NCBI GenBank assembly: GCA_951406725.2 | Contig: OX597822.1 | Coordinates: 17,298,001-17,362,000, forward strand | From: Octopus vulgaris | Lineage: Eukaryota | Length of the DNA: 64,000 nt | Direction: 5' to 3' | Shown here: positions 51,054 through 64,000 of the stretch, piece after piece | How the letters are laid out: every line of letters starts with the position of its first letter | Numbering within the stretch: the stretch's first letter is position 1 | Translations under genes and position numbers: made by a program | The notes under the pieces: model-generated | Seen by the model: only the letters and a program-made list of their open reading frames with translations | Database searches by the model: none | What the model was told of the DNA's origin: nothing

Positions 51054-54000
51054 GTTGCAGTGTATATAATAACTAAAAGCTCTCTCTCTCTTTCTTTGCA
51101 TTTGTTTGAAGTTTCAATAGATGATCCTTTCTCAAATGAACTGACTGCTAAACTGAATTCAGGAAGTGACCCCAACCACACACATGCACACATTAACAGC
51201 TTTTGCTTATAACAGATTTGATTTATTTCAAGTGAATTCGTACTTCTACTTTGAAATATATTGGAAAGATGAATGACTATGATTGATAATGTAAAGAATT
51301 TTGTGCAAAACACGAAGTTGTTTCACTTATATAAAATGATATAAAAAATTTTTAACATTTTCATTAGTATTCTTCTATTTTGGGATATGCCTGAGAGTGG
51401 ATTTCCATTTTTTCTTTTGTTAAGATGCATCTTTTTCAGAAATTATAAAAGAAATAATGATATTATGCTAAATAAAAAATTCTTTTGATAAAGTAAATGA
51501 AATCTTCAAAAAGAAAGAAAAGATTTCTATTTTCTGTAACACAATAGAAGATATCTTGATGAAATTTAATTGCTGTGAAATTATCTCTGGCATGGACAGA
51601 GTGATGCCTTAGATTTGATCCAATTAGTTCTGAAGTTAGTTATCTAACCTTTTTGTTTTCAGATTCTAAAGGTATAAGAGTTGGAGAGGAAAGAATTGTA
51701 GAACATAATAAATATTTTTAAAATATGGACAACATAAAACTAAAAGTAATGTAAATAAAAAAAAAGAATTATAGTATAAATTTTGTGGTTATGATATTGT
51801 TTGTGGATGGAGTTGTATTTTGTTGATATAGACATAATGTTAGTCATATTGAAGAAATATATTTGTGGGAAGGTATGTATATAAAAAAAAATATTGCACA
51901 ATATGGATTGTATAAGTAAAAGCACAACAAAGTCAAAAACCAATCTCTTCAGAAATGAGAAAAGCAGATATATGTGTGTAATATATAAGGTGCAAAAAAT
52001 ATGACTAGGTGGCAGTGTGTCATTAGGACACAGGTAAAGTATGTATACTCACTTTTCTTTTAGATTACATCATGAACACACATTTAGATTTGAACTGAGA
52101 ATATTAGGTATGAAAGGTGGAATAACACAGAATAGACTCATAGAGAATATGACAACGTAACTTTTTCCTATACTAACAAAATAAACATTAAAGTGGAGAC
52201 AATAAAATTGGGATGAAAGCTGATAAGTTGGGAGTAAAAAAAAACTTAGTAGTTCTCTAAAGAGAATTGGGAGTGATAGTAAATTTGGTATAATAGATTA
52301 GTCTAAAAATTAAAGATTGTTAACAAATCAGTATTAACCAGTTACTAAAATAAATTTAAACAACTACACAAAACTAGAAGAAACAATGGAGCTTTTTAGC
52401 AACAGGAGTAAACTAACCCCACAAAAGTAATTATTAGTCACTTTCAATGAAAAAGAGAAACACTTATGAAATGGTTAATATATGATGTACAATTATTTTT
52501 AAGGAAGAATATAAGGTAAACAATAAGAGTCAATAAAAGAGTGCTTTCAATTTTAACTGGAGTGGACTTGTTAAAATAATTCATTGATGTATAAATATAA
52601 ATAAAAGCTTTATAAAGGCAACTTTTAGAGAAAGTAATATTAGTGCCTAAATAATATCTAGTTTTGCACATGTAAACAAATTTTGTGATCAATATTTTAT
52701 AACTATAGATATTCCACAGAAAAGGAAAAAGTAATAAAAAAAAATGAAAAAAACTATCAAAAAATACATTATCAAATCTTGCTAAGTAGAATTTAATTTT
52801 TGAATAAATTTTTATGAAAATTCAGTTTTCAAATCTAAGAAAGATGAGCAAAGAGATTTACTTTCAATTGTCAGTAGGATCCAGTATCAAAATGTATTAT
52901 TTTTATTTAATTTTAAAATCAGTGTTTATTTTTCATCATTTTATTTATTTAGTTATTTATTTTGTATTAATATCCAGAGGTTACTGTCTCTTAGGTCCAA
53001 AAGTGAACAGAGAACTTAATAAATATTTACAAAATGATAAACAAGACCAGAAGAAATAATTTCATTATATTTGACATTTTAAAGATATCTGATTCTCTGC
53101 ATGTCTTCTGCAACTATTGAAAATAGATGAACTAGTTTGACTTTAGAGTAATTTAAGATAAATCTAGGAAAGTAGCAAATGTCAAACAGTAAGAACTGAT
53201 TAAGAGCTCAAGTTATTTATCCTTTGCAGGGAATAAATACAATTTCTTTCCCAAACTATTATCAGTGTAATTAGTTGTCAGCAAACTTAACCTTTCAGTC
53301 TTTCCACATTCTTGACTTAACTACTTTGGCAATTTTATTTATAGAACCAGAATGTCTTAACAGGTTATGAAGTCAGATGACTAAGTTCAAATTCTTCAAC
53401 AAGCTTACACGTTGTATCCATATACAAGACACAATGCTTTTCTTGTTTCCTTAGTTAACAGGAAGATGCCACTTCAGCATTAACAGCTAAGTATTAAGAA
53501 ATGTGTACTGACTACATAAAAATTAATCAGTTCTTATAAGACAAGTTAACTTTTCAGAATTGTCCCCTCTCTTGTGGCAAATTTAACCAGGAAATCATTT
53601 ACAAAGTATTGGAATTCATAAACAAAACATAGAAATTAATAATAAGTTTTGTGACATGGTCACTGGACACCAATAATTATTGATATAAACAAAGGAGGTG
53701 TGACAGATATAGATATTTTAGTACTTCATTATATAGTCTTACACATTTCCAAACACAATGTAACATTATAAACAAGTAATTAATAAAACAAAACAAGAAT
53801 AAAAAAAACAAACAAACAAGAAAATAGAAGAGTGACAGTCAATAATTACATTTGCAGCCATACCTTTGCAAAGGAGACACTGTGACATCAAAATTGACAA
53901 TAAATAAAGACAGCCAAGAATTTTTGCCTGTGAACAAGGCTTACACAGAAGAGAAGATAATTTCATAGACAGACATTAATTACAATGTTTTATCAAATAA

Positions 54001-56462
54001 AAAAACAAACTCTTTCTTCTGCATCAAGACAAAAAGATGACCACTGAACAACTAAGAGCTACTTGGGAAATTTGAAGAGAGTATGACCTTTGTGTCTGTA
54101 GAAATTCAAGGAATTTCTTTTTTCATTTTCCATTTTATTTTGTACATGAATACTAATAGGCAACCTGATAGCTGCATACTTCAAAAAAAAAAAAAAAAAA
54201 ATTGTAAGAGATAAAAATTCAATAAAGATACAAAATTGAATTTAAAAGTAAACATAAAACATTTAGTGATACAGTATTATCCTATATGTATATTAACATA
54301 GTGGCAAGGATAAGGCTTTGTACAGTTTGAAAGATAAAGTAAAAACAGATTAGTCGAGACACAAACCCCTTCTCCACTTCCACATTATTTGATTTAATGC
54401 ACACCCTCTTTCCCATTCTTAGGTGGCAATGGAGGATTTAAAATTTAAACTTATCAGATTAAATACTTAGAAGAATATTGCTACAACAAAATTAGAACTT
54501 TGTTCCATGCAAATTATAATTTACTGCAAGTTAGCTAATTGGCTCAATCTGTAAATCAGATATGAATTTAACAAATTTCTGTTTAGGGTCTGATCCCAAA
54601 TCTTACTGAATATAAATTATGTATTCATACATGTGTATGTGTGAAGGGTGTATATGTTTGTGTATGAATATACATACATATATGCATCCCCACCACACAC
54701 GCCATATCAACTACTTTTAACAAGTGGTTTATTGATATATTGTTCTTTATTTTTCTTACAAGGAAGGTAAATTCAGTTTCTTAATATATACACTAATACT
54801 TTTAGCAATTTTAGGGTCTCAGAATATTTATATGTTGCTTATTCTTTCTTATAGAATAAATAAAATCAATTCCATTCAAGAAGCAAATGTGTAAGGAAAA
54901 AAAAGAAATGTTACTTGTTATTTAATGAATAACATACTTCTCTATTCAGAACTCTTTATAGTTTCCAAATACAATGTTTCACTTATGCTAAATATATTTT
55001 TGCATTCTACATTCCAAATTTGATCAACTTGTATGAGAAGTTTCTTCATGAGCCAGTTCAAAGTGTATTATGTAGCTAAACCTTTGAGCAACTAACTTAA
55101 TAACACAAATCATTCCCCAATGACCAGACATATATCCTTGACCTTTCCCACCTCCTTTTCTATCAATGCTCTTCTCTCTCAATCATATTCAGCTACACTT
55201 TATCTCTGTAGAGAACCATTCTCCTTTTCTTAATTCTGAGCAACACTATCTTGATTACCTCACGAGTGTTACATTGTTTTAGTAGAGTATATATTGTCTA
55301 TTTATAAGGTCCTCCAATATATGTTCGCAAAGATATGCCAAGAATATAATATAGTGTAACAATATCTGAGTAAAAATCATAAAACAGCCCCGCAAAAAGT
55401 GCTGCACTACCATCTCTCATAAATAGTTCACTAAAATGTGAAAAAGTTCCATAAATAAATGAAAATTCCATACATGTATGTGTGAGAGTATTTTGAAAAG
55501 AGTTCAATAACTACGATAAAATAAATTGTGAAACATTGATAAGATATTCAGTTTATTTTCTTCAGCAAAGTAGATATCTTAATCTAGAATTGCTATTGTA
55601 ATTAACTTCCATTTTAAAGCATAGAAGAGTTAAAGTTGAATAGCTTGTAAAAGATTATTTAATAGTCATGTACTATTACTCTTTTCAAATTTGCTTGTGA
55701 CTTCCAATTTCAGCTCAGTACATAACACCACAAAAGCAATATGTAGCTACAATAAAATCAATTTAATTCACAAGTATACCAAAGAATGTGTTATCTTGCC
55801 ATCTGTCACTTTCAATTAGTGAATTACTACAAAAGCAAAAATAGAAAGAAAAAAACATGATGATGATGATAAAAACGCCAAAATCTGAATAATTGAAAAG
55901 AGATCACTAAATATTATATTCTTGCTTGTTGCTTACTTTAAGTGGTGAGAAGTGTGAAATCTATCTTGAATGACATCGTTGATCAATAATTATTTCAATG
56001 CATTATTCTAATTGATAAAGATTGATTGAAAAGTAAGTGAACTATTAAAACTTTTCACAGCATTAGTTCAGACCAAACAGCTCCATCTCTGACATGCTAT
56101 ATTAAACTAGGATTACAGATGAAATGTAAATAGTTTCAAAATACCTATTTAATCAACAATCGATCACTAAATTTAATAATTCTTCATGACTTGTTTCCAA
56201 TTCAGTAACAATGAAACTGACATGAAAAAGAATTGTAAGGACTGTACTCAGAATGAAATATATATTCTATATTGTAATATCTGTTAAAAGAATTATATTT
56301 GACTACTCATAAAATATATATTGTTTTTAACTAACATCCACCATTTCACCATCTCACTGCTGGGTACATTTTTTACTGTAACTGCAGGCCTTGTGTATAG
56401 AATTTGTGTGTGTGTGTGTGTGTGTGTGCGCGCGCACATATATATATATATATATATATATA

Positions 56463-57540
56463 TCAGGTCATTAAGAATGAAATGTCCAATTTTTAACTGA
56501 AAAGCAATGCAGTTAATCAAAGTATGCACCTACATTTATCAACACAGTTCTGAATTTTATCGGTAGCTTATTTATGCTGGCAGTGAAGAATTCTGGAGAG
56601 CAAAAGGTGATGAAATTATGAAAGGCTGTTTTTGCATCTCCTTCAGATTTGAAGTTTTTTCCCTTGTTGTCTAATGCCTGGAAAATGTGATAGTCAGTAG
56701 TGTTCTTTGTGCAGCATGTGATTGAGCATTGACTTGCAAGAGAATTGGCCTGTCTCTATTGACTGATCTCAGTTGTTTAATTGCAAGTTCACTCTTCATT
56801 TCATCCAATTGGTTGATGTATACATCCACTGTAATTGACTTACCAGGTCTCATGAAGCTGCAGTGGAGGACACAAGCACTGGATCACCGTAGAGACACCA
56901 TTAGCTCTTTTTGGTGAATATTCTTTTTTTGGGGATTGTGTTTTGGCACTTTGTCTCTATCCAACCACCATACAGAACACTTGCTATTGTTGAAAAGAAT
57001 CCATTTTTCCTCACACATAACAATACAATTTTGCTTTTATGCCATGACAACAGAACAGCAAGTTTCAAGATGACGTGTCATTTGATGCTCATTCAGTTCC
57101 TGTGGTACCCACTTGTCCAGTTTCTTTACCTTGCCAATTTTTCAGATTGTCCAATACAGTTGGAATCGAAACATCAAACCTTGCTGCTAACTCATGCATA
57201 GTTTGAGATGTATCCACTTCCACTACAGTTTCCAGCTCATCATTATCCACCTTCGTGTCAGGTGTACCATGGGGCTGATTTTTAAGAGTAAAGTCACCAG
57301 AGTGGAACATCTCAAACCATCGATGTACAGTACACTCATTTGCCACATCTTCACCAAATACCTCATTGATGTTTCAAGCTGCCTGGGATGCACTGGTTCC
57401 ATGACAGAATTCATATTCATAAACAACACAAATTTTTTATCTATTCATGGGTTCACAAAAATTGATTTACAAGAGAAAACTCACAATATAGTCAGTTTGA
57501 TTTACAAGAGAAAACTCACAATATAGTCAGTCACCATGAA
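56463..57540 (-). mobile_element. Mariner transposon relic
   Basis: From ATG 57448: YEYEF.HG...NINEVFGEDVANECTVHRWF..F.SGDF, KWVPQELNE (WVPHEL), CEEKWI (DEKW) and ILLQVNAQSH (LLHDNARPH); stops and frameshifts present. Confidence 0.92.
57462..57531. repeat. Perfect 35-bp tandem duplication
   Basis: ttgatttacaagagaaaactcacaatatagtcagt occurs twice. Confidence 0.95.
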
Positions 57541-57706
57541 TTGCATTTCGAAAAGTGATGATATCAATGTTGCAAAACAAAGAAAACATTAGAATTAACA
57601 ACTGTCAAACCTGGTGCATAACAAAAGCAGTGGATTTTGAAAAATTATAACATGTAAACATGAGGCATGTTCTGTATTGCCTCGTCTTTATATGTTAATC
57701 TTGGCG

Positions 57707-57778
57707 TTCCTGCTGACGAGAGCTTCGCCTAGTAAATTATTTTATTTATGAAGATAGCTTGAAACCATGGTACAGGAA
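57707..57778 (+). ncRNA. Type I hammerhead ribozyme, near canonical
   Basis: TTCCTG-CTGACGA-GAGCT...AGCTT-GAAAC-CATG-GTA-CAGGAA: 6-bp helix I, 5-bp helix II base, palindromic helix III and GUA triplet (predicted cut after 57772). Confidence 0.85.
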
Positions 57779-57910
57779 ATAGAGGTTAAATGTTTTTATT
57801 TTTCACTTCCTTTCGAAATTACCCCTAATAGTGCTTTGGAGCTTAACTACTCCTTCTAGCGGGTCAGATGTCTTGTTATGGCCATCTCTTATGTGTTTAA
57901 ATGTACACTG

Positions 57911-57914
<4 letters not shown>

Positions 57915-57982
<68 letters not shown>
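57915..57982. repeat. (TA)n microsatellite
   Basis: Directly visible. Confidence 0.98.
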
Positions 57983-57984
<2 letters not shown>

Positions 57985-58266
57985 CACACGCGTGGCTGTG
58001 TGGTAAGAAGCTTGCTTCCCAACCACATGACTCAGGGTTCAATCCTTTGGGCCAGTGTCTTCTACTATAGCCCCAGGCTGACTAAAGCTTTGTGAGTGGA
58101 TTTGGAAGATGGAAACTGAAAGAAGCCTGTTGAATATATGTATATAAATATCTCTATATGTGTCCTTGTGTCTGTGTTAGTCTACCACCACCACTTGACA
58201 ACTGGTGCTGTTGTGCCTATGTCCTCATAACTTAGTAGTTCAGTAAAAGAGACTGATAGAATAAGC
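57983..58266 (+). mobile_element. SINE family A, 3'-truncated
   Basis: gtggctgtgtggtaagaagcttgcttcccaaccacatg... head. Confidence 0.85.
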
Positions 58267-58303
<37 letters not shown>

Positions 58304-59130
58304 ACTTATTGCTTTGAACACAATGCAATTCAAATTAGATTCACTGCCACTTCTCTATTCAAATTATAATCAATAGTAGGAGCTGGATAAGCACAAAAAT
58401 ACTCTCACTTCATTTTTCATGTTATTAAAGTATTCCAAAATGAATAAATTCAGAAGAAAACAGAAAAAGATTACAAATAATTTCGTTTCGGACAGTCAAT
58501 GACTATTGAAGAGGTTGCAAAGAGGCAACGAAAATTTTAGAAAAAATGAATGAATAAATGAGTGGATATCAAACCGGTGCACATGTTAATTAAACAGAAT
58601 GACTTACCCCAGACACAATAAAATTACAAAAAATATTAACCTGCAATGCATATGAACTGGGGAAAAGGATAGAAATCTAGCACAGAAATGCTATGAAAAT
58701 GAACCAGTGCTAACCAGTCTGTTTGCAATAAACAGTCACTAGTGTATAAGAAAACTAAAGAATGAAGACTGAGCAAGAAACCTAACTTCAACATTCGTCA
58801 CTGACCAAACCTATCCAATCCAAACTTTGAAAGATATCTGTTTATTAGAAAGATGAATGTTCCAGCAGATATTGGTTTGTTGATTAAAAAGTTCTAAAAT
58901 AAAGATTAAAAAACCCCGAGGTCATAGAATATTTGCAATATATTCAATAGAATATTAATTTCAGTGAAAGCAGAGACATAGGTGACATGTGATTAAATCT
59001 CATGTTTTAATAACATATAATGTAATTCAGTTTCCGGATGACTGACTAAAGTACATTAGAGAAAGTCAAGAAACAGATCTCATTATTGAAAAAACAATTG
59101 AATTAAGACACTGTCACCAATTTTAAATAA

Positions 59131-59169
<39 letters not shown>

Positions 59170-59176
59170 CATAGTC

Positions 59177-59208
<32 letters not shown>

Positions 59209-59215
59209 CATAGTC

Positions 59216-59247
<32 letters not shown>

Positions 59248-59351
59248 CATAATTATAATAATAATAATTATTATTATTATTATTATTATTATTATGATTA
59301 TGATTATTATTATATACTGATATAACAACAACAACAACAACAACAATAATA
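59131..59351. repeat. (AAT)n / (ATT)n / (AAC)n compound microsatellite
   Basis: Directly visible; explains the poly-I/poly-L ORF. Confidence 0.95.
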
Positions 59352-60999
59352 ATCTCATATTGATATTATTCCATCTGAAATATTCACACATTTTAAATCT
59401 TAGACACTTAGCTTATGGGTTTTAACATCACAAATCAATAGAGAAGACACTGAATGACAAAAATAAAAATAAATGAAAAATATAAAGAGGATTAAATGAA
59501 AGAAGTGAAAGATGACTTTAATTATGTAAATAGTGGCTTCTCTCTGATATTTCCAAAATTTGATTTCATGTTCGTAAACCTAAACATACACATACTGTTA
59601 TTTGAAAGAAGAAAGAAAAGGCAATAGAAAAGACATTCAAAACAAATTTAACATTCTATTTGAACCAACTTTCTTGAGAAAATAAAATCTGAACAATAAG
59701 AGTAGAATAATATTTGTTTTTAAATCAAAAGTGATAGTGTTATTTAAAGAAACATAAGATTTTTAACCATATATATATAAAAAAAATGACATGTTTGAAG
59801 AGACAAAACAATGTAAAATAATCGTCTTTCTTAAGGTAATTTTCTAAACTGGCTAGAATTTACATTTTACTTTTATACAAATCACCTGTTTTCCTGCAAA
59901 AGTCTACATTAATTACACTGTCTTAAACATAAGCTGGAAGGTGATGAATTGATGCATGAATGATCAATGCTTTTAAAAGTTAAGTTTTCTCTACAGATTT
60001 TAAGTATAAAAAGATTACTGGGTAATTTTCTTTAAAAGAAAAATCAGTTGACTGATATTGTCTGTACTCTATTACATAGACACACACACACACCTATGAG
60101 TTTAGCAATATAAAGACAATTGAGCTCTAACAAGAAGAAAGATAATAGTTGAATCAATTGCAGATGTTAAACTTGCTAAATAAAAATAGTAAAATAATAT
60201 CAGCTTATTTTGCTTTTCTGTTGATTTAAACAAAAGAGGTTTAACAATAACCAAAAAGAACAAATTTCAAGCAAATAATGTTTTCAAATTATAAAAAAAT
60301 ATGGAAAAGATGGCAGACATCAACTGAATTTATAAACTAAAATAAATCTATAATGAGATCTAATTTCTTTTTTGATAATCTGCATCATTTTACAAAAAGC
60401 TATAAAGAAACTAACAGCAAGGAAACAACAAAAAAAAGATGAAGGAAAATTATTTACATGCTTAAATATCTAGAGTTTTCACACTGACATAAAAATCTAA
60501 ACCTAAAATGGAAATCTCTCAGCTGATATTCTATATCTGCCACATTTGTCCTGGCTGTACCTTTTACAAAAATTGCACTTGCAATATAATCCTGTTTCTA
60601 AGTGTTTAATATCGTTAATAATAATAAAGACTTTTCTTTTTTTTTTTTAGTCTTCAACAGTGAGACTTTATGCTGAACACCTACAAGATACTCTGAAATA
60701 AGCTACCAACATCTATTTCATTTAAACTAAATCTTAAGTGACATTCTACAAAAGCATCCTATTTGCAAAGGACTAATTTCATTTTACCTCAATGTTAACA
60801 ACCTCGCCTGGTTCTCTCACTCCTTCTAATCTAACTCAGCAGGTTTAGATATTAAATTATCTGTTATAGTATACCATCTATACTAAATGCTCTTCTTTCC
60901 TACTTGTACACTCAATTTTCTAGCTTCTCAAAGAAATGTCTTCTTTTCCACAGGCTATTTTAAACAGCTACCTCATCTCTGATTTAAACCATAAAGCAT

Positions 61000-62625
61000 A
61001 CCCATAACATGCGTGACCTCACATTATAATACATCAAATCCACCAAATTGTCAGTTTTAACTAATTTTGTTTCCCACCTAACTGCTCTGAGATTGATTAA
61101 TGTACAATGGAAGCTGTTCGTTTTATATCTGTCCACATTCCACATGCCTTCAGAGCCACAAAATAGATACAAGTCTGGTTTAAATGAATGAGAAACTTCT
61201 ACAATGTAAAGGATGCTGTTTCAAATTCTCTCGACTTTTCAAACATAATGGTTCTGTAATTGACACTCCACAGAAAAAGCCTCCATATTTGCTGCCCACT
61301 TTGCATACACTAGATAAAATCTCCTCTCAAAATTATCCTTATTTCCTCCACTATGCCCACAACCACATACACAAAGATGCCAAGAGTGAAAAAGAAAACA
61401 CCTCTGATTTCTCCATACCAACAAAACTACTTTCCCTGAAAATTCCCTCTTTCCATTTACCTTAAGCACAGCATACTTTCCACAGCTAGCTCCTACCATC
61501 ACCAAATTTCTTAATTTCTTTGTACAAGGATCTATCTTGATGCTTGGAATCAAACTACAGGTGTCCTATTTCCAAGAAAGGCAACCCTTCTGACCTGCTA
61601 ACTGTCAACATATATCATTGTGTTCACTTCCAACATTTTACAAGGGATAAAGATACTCATTAACAATTGCTTTTCCAGCACAGAAAACTTGTCTCCTGTC
61701 TTAATGGTTTTATAGAGTAACAATCTATAAGACCTGGTCTACAGGAAAGTTACTTCCCTATATAACTCACCCTCAGAAATTTAATGAAAGCACTTAGGCA
61801 TATCTCGATATGCACATTTCTTACCAGAACTGCTTGCTTATGGATTCCATTTTCATCTTGCCTAGTGAATCAGGGGCTTCCCGTTACATAAATCCACCAC
61901 GGCATGTGTTGATAGAGCTCTCTGACCCACCGTCAATTCTGGTGTACTCCAAGGTTCAGTGAGTTTCTTATACTTCCTCAACAGCCTGCATGCAGTCACT
62001 TCCAATAATACTCTTATGGAGGTGATACCATCCATTCTGCCTTTAACCTTTTGCTCCCAAATGTGATCCATATACAACCTAGATATCTCATGTCATATTT
62101 GCACTGCTTTCATGAGCACAGTTTTTGATGGGGTCATAATAATCATGTCTCTTTCAAAAGTACAAAAATACAATGACCACATGTACCAAGAAAACATATA
62201 TTCGGCATCAAAACAACAACAGTAGGAAGACTGCAGAACAAAATCTGGTAATTTTTTTTTTTTTCCAAATCAGAAAATTCTTCAGCTTTAACAAATACTG
62301 TCCTCTAAAAAGCTCAAATGAACACTATCAACACATAAAGGACATTTTAGACCACTTTAAAAAAAAAAAAAGCTAGAGAAGAAAACATCAAAGTTGCATT
62401 GCCAAAGAACTCTAAGTTCTGACTAACAGACATTCTGTCTCTTCAAACTGCTTTTTCTGCCACTACTAGAGAGGCTGCTGCTCCTCAGATCTAACTGGCC
62501 TAGTGATACTTTCAAAAAGACTTCCCCAAACCATCTGTATCTGTTCTTCTTATCAGCCATAAAGAGCCTACACCAAACATCCAATGCCAAGAATGTAGAG
62601 CCACCTTGAATTCTTTTCCTGTCAA
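61000..62625 (+). mobile_element. Decayed CR1/Jockey-group LINE RT
   Basis: FPQLAPTITK, CPISKKGNPSD/ANCQHISL (PI.KKG..S.P.NYRPISL) and VNSGVLQGSV (GVPQGSV). Confidence 0.75.
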
Positions 62626-62644
62626 TTTTCAACTATTCAAACAG

Positions 62645-63062
62645 AGACTTGGCAGTGTGGTAAGAAGCTTGCTTCCCAACCACATGATTCTGGGTTCAGT
62701 CCTATGGTGTGGCACCTTGGGCAAGTGTTTCTGATTATAGTTTTGGGCTGACCAAAGCCTTGTGAGTGCATTTGGTAGGTGGAAACTGAAAGAAGTCCAT
62801 TGTATATATTTATATGTATATATCTGTGAGTGCGTGCGTGTGTGTGTGAGTGTGCGCGCATGTGTCTTTGTGTCTGTGTTGTCACTCCACCATCGTTCTA
62901 CAACTGATGCTGGTGTGTTTACATCACTGTAAGTGACCAATAAGATAAGTTCTAAGCTTACAAACAGTAAGTCCTGGGGTAGATTTCTTTGACTAAAACA
63001 TTGTAAGGCAGTGCTCCAGAATGGCCACAGTCAAATGACTGAAACAAGTAAAAGAATAAAAA
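62645..63062 (+). mobile_element. Full-length SINE family A
   Basis: Matches 17690-18065 from head to tail. Confidence 0.9.
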
Positions 63063-63229
63063 CCTAATGAGAGCCTTTATGCAGTCATTTGACCTGTTAG
63101 AAATAGCATTCAAATTGTGCTTTAAAATAAGAAGGATATACTGAATAAAGAAGTATTAGATATACTATCAACGTGAAAATAACAAAAACAGGATAGCCAT
63201 GCCATGCACAAAACACATTTGATCCTAGG

Positions 63230-64000
63230 GCTTGCTGTGTCAGATGATTGGACAGGAGAGCCAGCAAGCCAGAAGACTGGACCAAGCTCTGCTGTTTGTT
63301 TTATCATGGTCTCTATGGTTGGATGCCCTTCCTAATGTTACCCACTTTACAGTGTGTACTGCGTGCTTTTTACGCAGCACCAAGTAACTTGCAAGACAAG
63401 ACCCCCCCAACTGATGGGTAAGCAGTATTGAGGGAAGTGGCTTAGTGCCAGGTGATGAGAAGTTAGATTATGAAGAGAGACAGAAACAAGTTACTTCAGT
63501 TGGAGAGAGAATGGAAAAAGAGAGTGGTGAGATCAAGAAGAGATAAGAGAGGAGAGAGATGGTGAAGATGTAATGTGGCATACAGCCAAGTTGCAGGGAA
63601 GTGTGTAGTGAAGTGAACCAGGGGTTGAATAGGATGAGTGGGATGTGGAGGGGAGGGGAATGTAGTGAGTGGGCACAAACAGAGGGAGGGGCATGGATAT
63701 GTTGTAGGGAAGAGATGGACAGGGACATATTGTGTGAAGGTGGATTTGTGAGGAAAGTGAGAGAGAGAGATGAGGGGTATGCAGCGAGTGGGGAATACAA
63801 ATGGGGGAAGGTGTTGGGAAGGTTGATGTAAAGGAAAGGTTTGTTAGGGACAGATTGTATACAGGAGCATGGACATAGAGGTCACACCATTTTGGCCATG
63901 ATTTTACTCGGCTGGGTAGGTTTTCTCAAGCAGAGCAAGTCACCAATTGGTCCATTGTCATCTCCTCTGTGAGGCTCAAAATCTGAAGATTATTTTCCAA
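63230..64000 (-). mobile_element. RTE 3' end (ORF end plus family B UTR) interrupted by a purine-rich tract
   Basis: Reverse of 63920-64000 reads NLQILSLTEEMT...LLEKT; ggatgcccttcctaatg occurs near 63320. Confidence 0.65.

Noticed and set aside
53863-53927. Possible minus-strand exon with AAG|GTATGG donor
   Set aside because: Weak acceptor and no similarity to the expected RXYLT1 sequence.

Overview
AT-rich, repeat-dense animal DNA. The SINE families, (TA)n/(CA)n microsatellites and transposon spectrum resemble an octopus (coleoid cephalopod) genome; this is an inference from recalled repeat sequences, not a database result. I can support one host coding exon: 100 nt on the minus strand (12162-12261), reading GLYLWEHILNG..., which matches RXYLT1/TMEM5, so most of the window is probably giant intron. 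The rest is layered transposon debris: RTE, Penelope-like, HERO-like, Dong/R4-like, CR1/Jockey-like, Gypsy, Helitron, piggyBac, Tc1, mariner and many SINEs. Most ORF-track entries are spurious. The most notable signals are (1) several type I hammerhead ribozyme motifs with palindromic helix III, including a near-canonical one (57707-57778) and a duplicated variant with a compensatory U3-A8 core in the inverted terminal repeats of a Penelope-like element; (2) a perfect 122-bp inverted duplication taken from an ancient Gypsy relic; (3) a Helitron carrying a captured ORF fragment; and (4) several inverted repeats that could form dsRNA in the pre-mRNA. Repeat boundaries are approximate unless termini are quoted.
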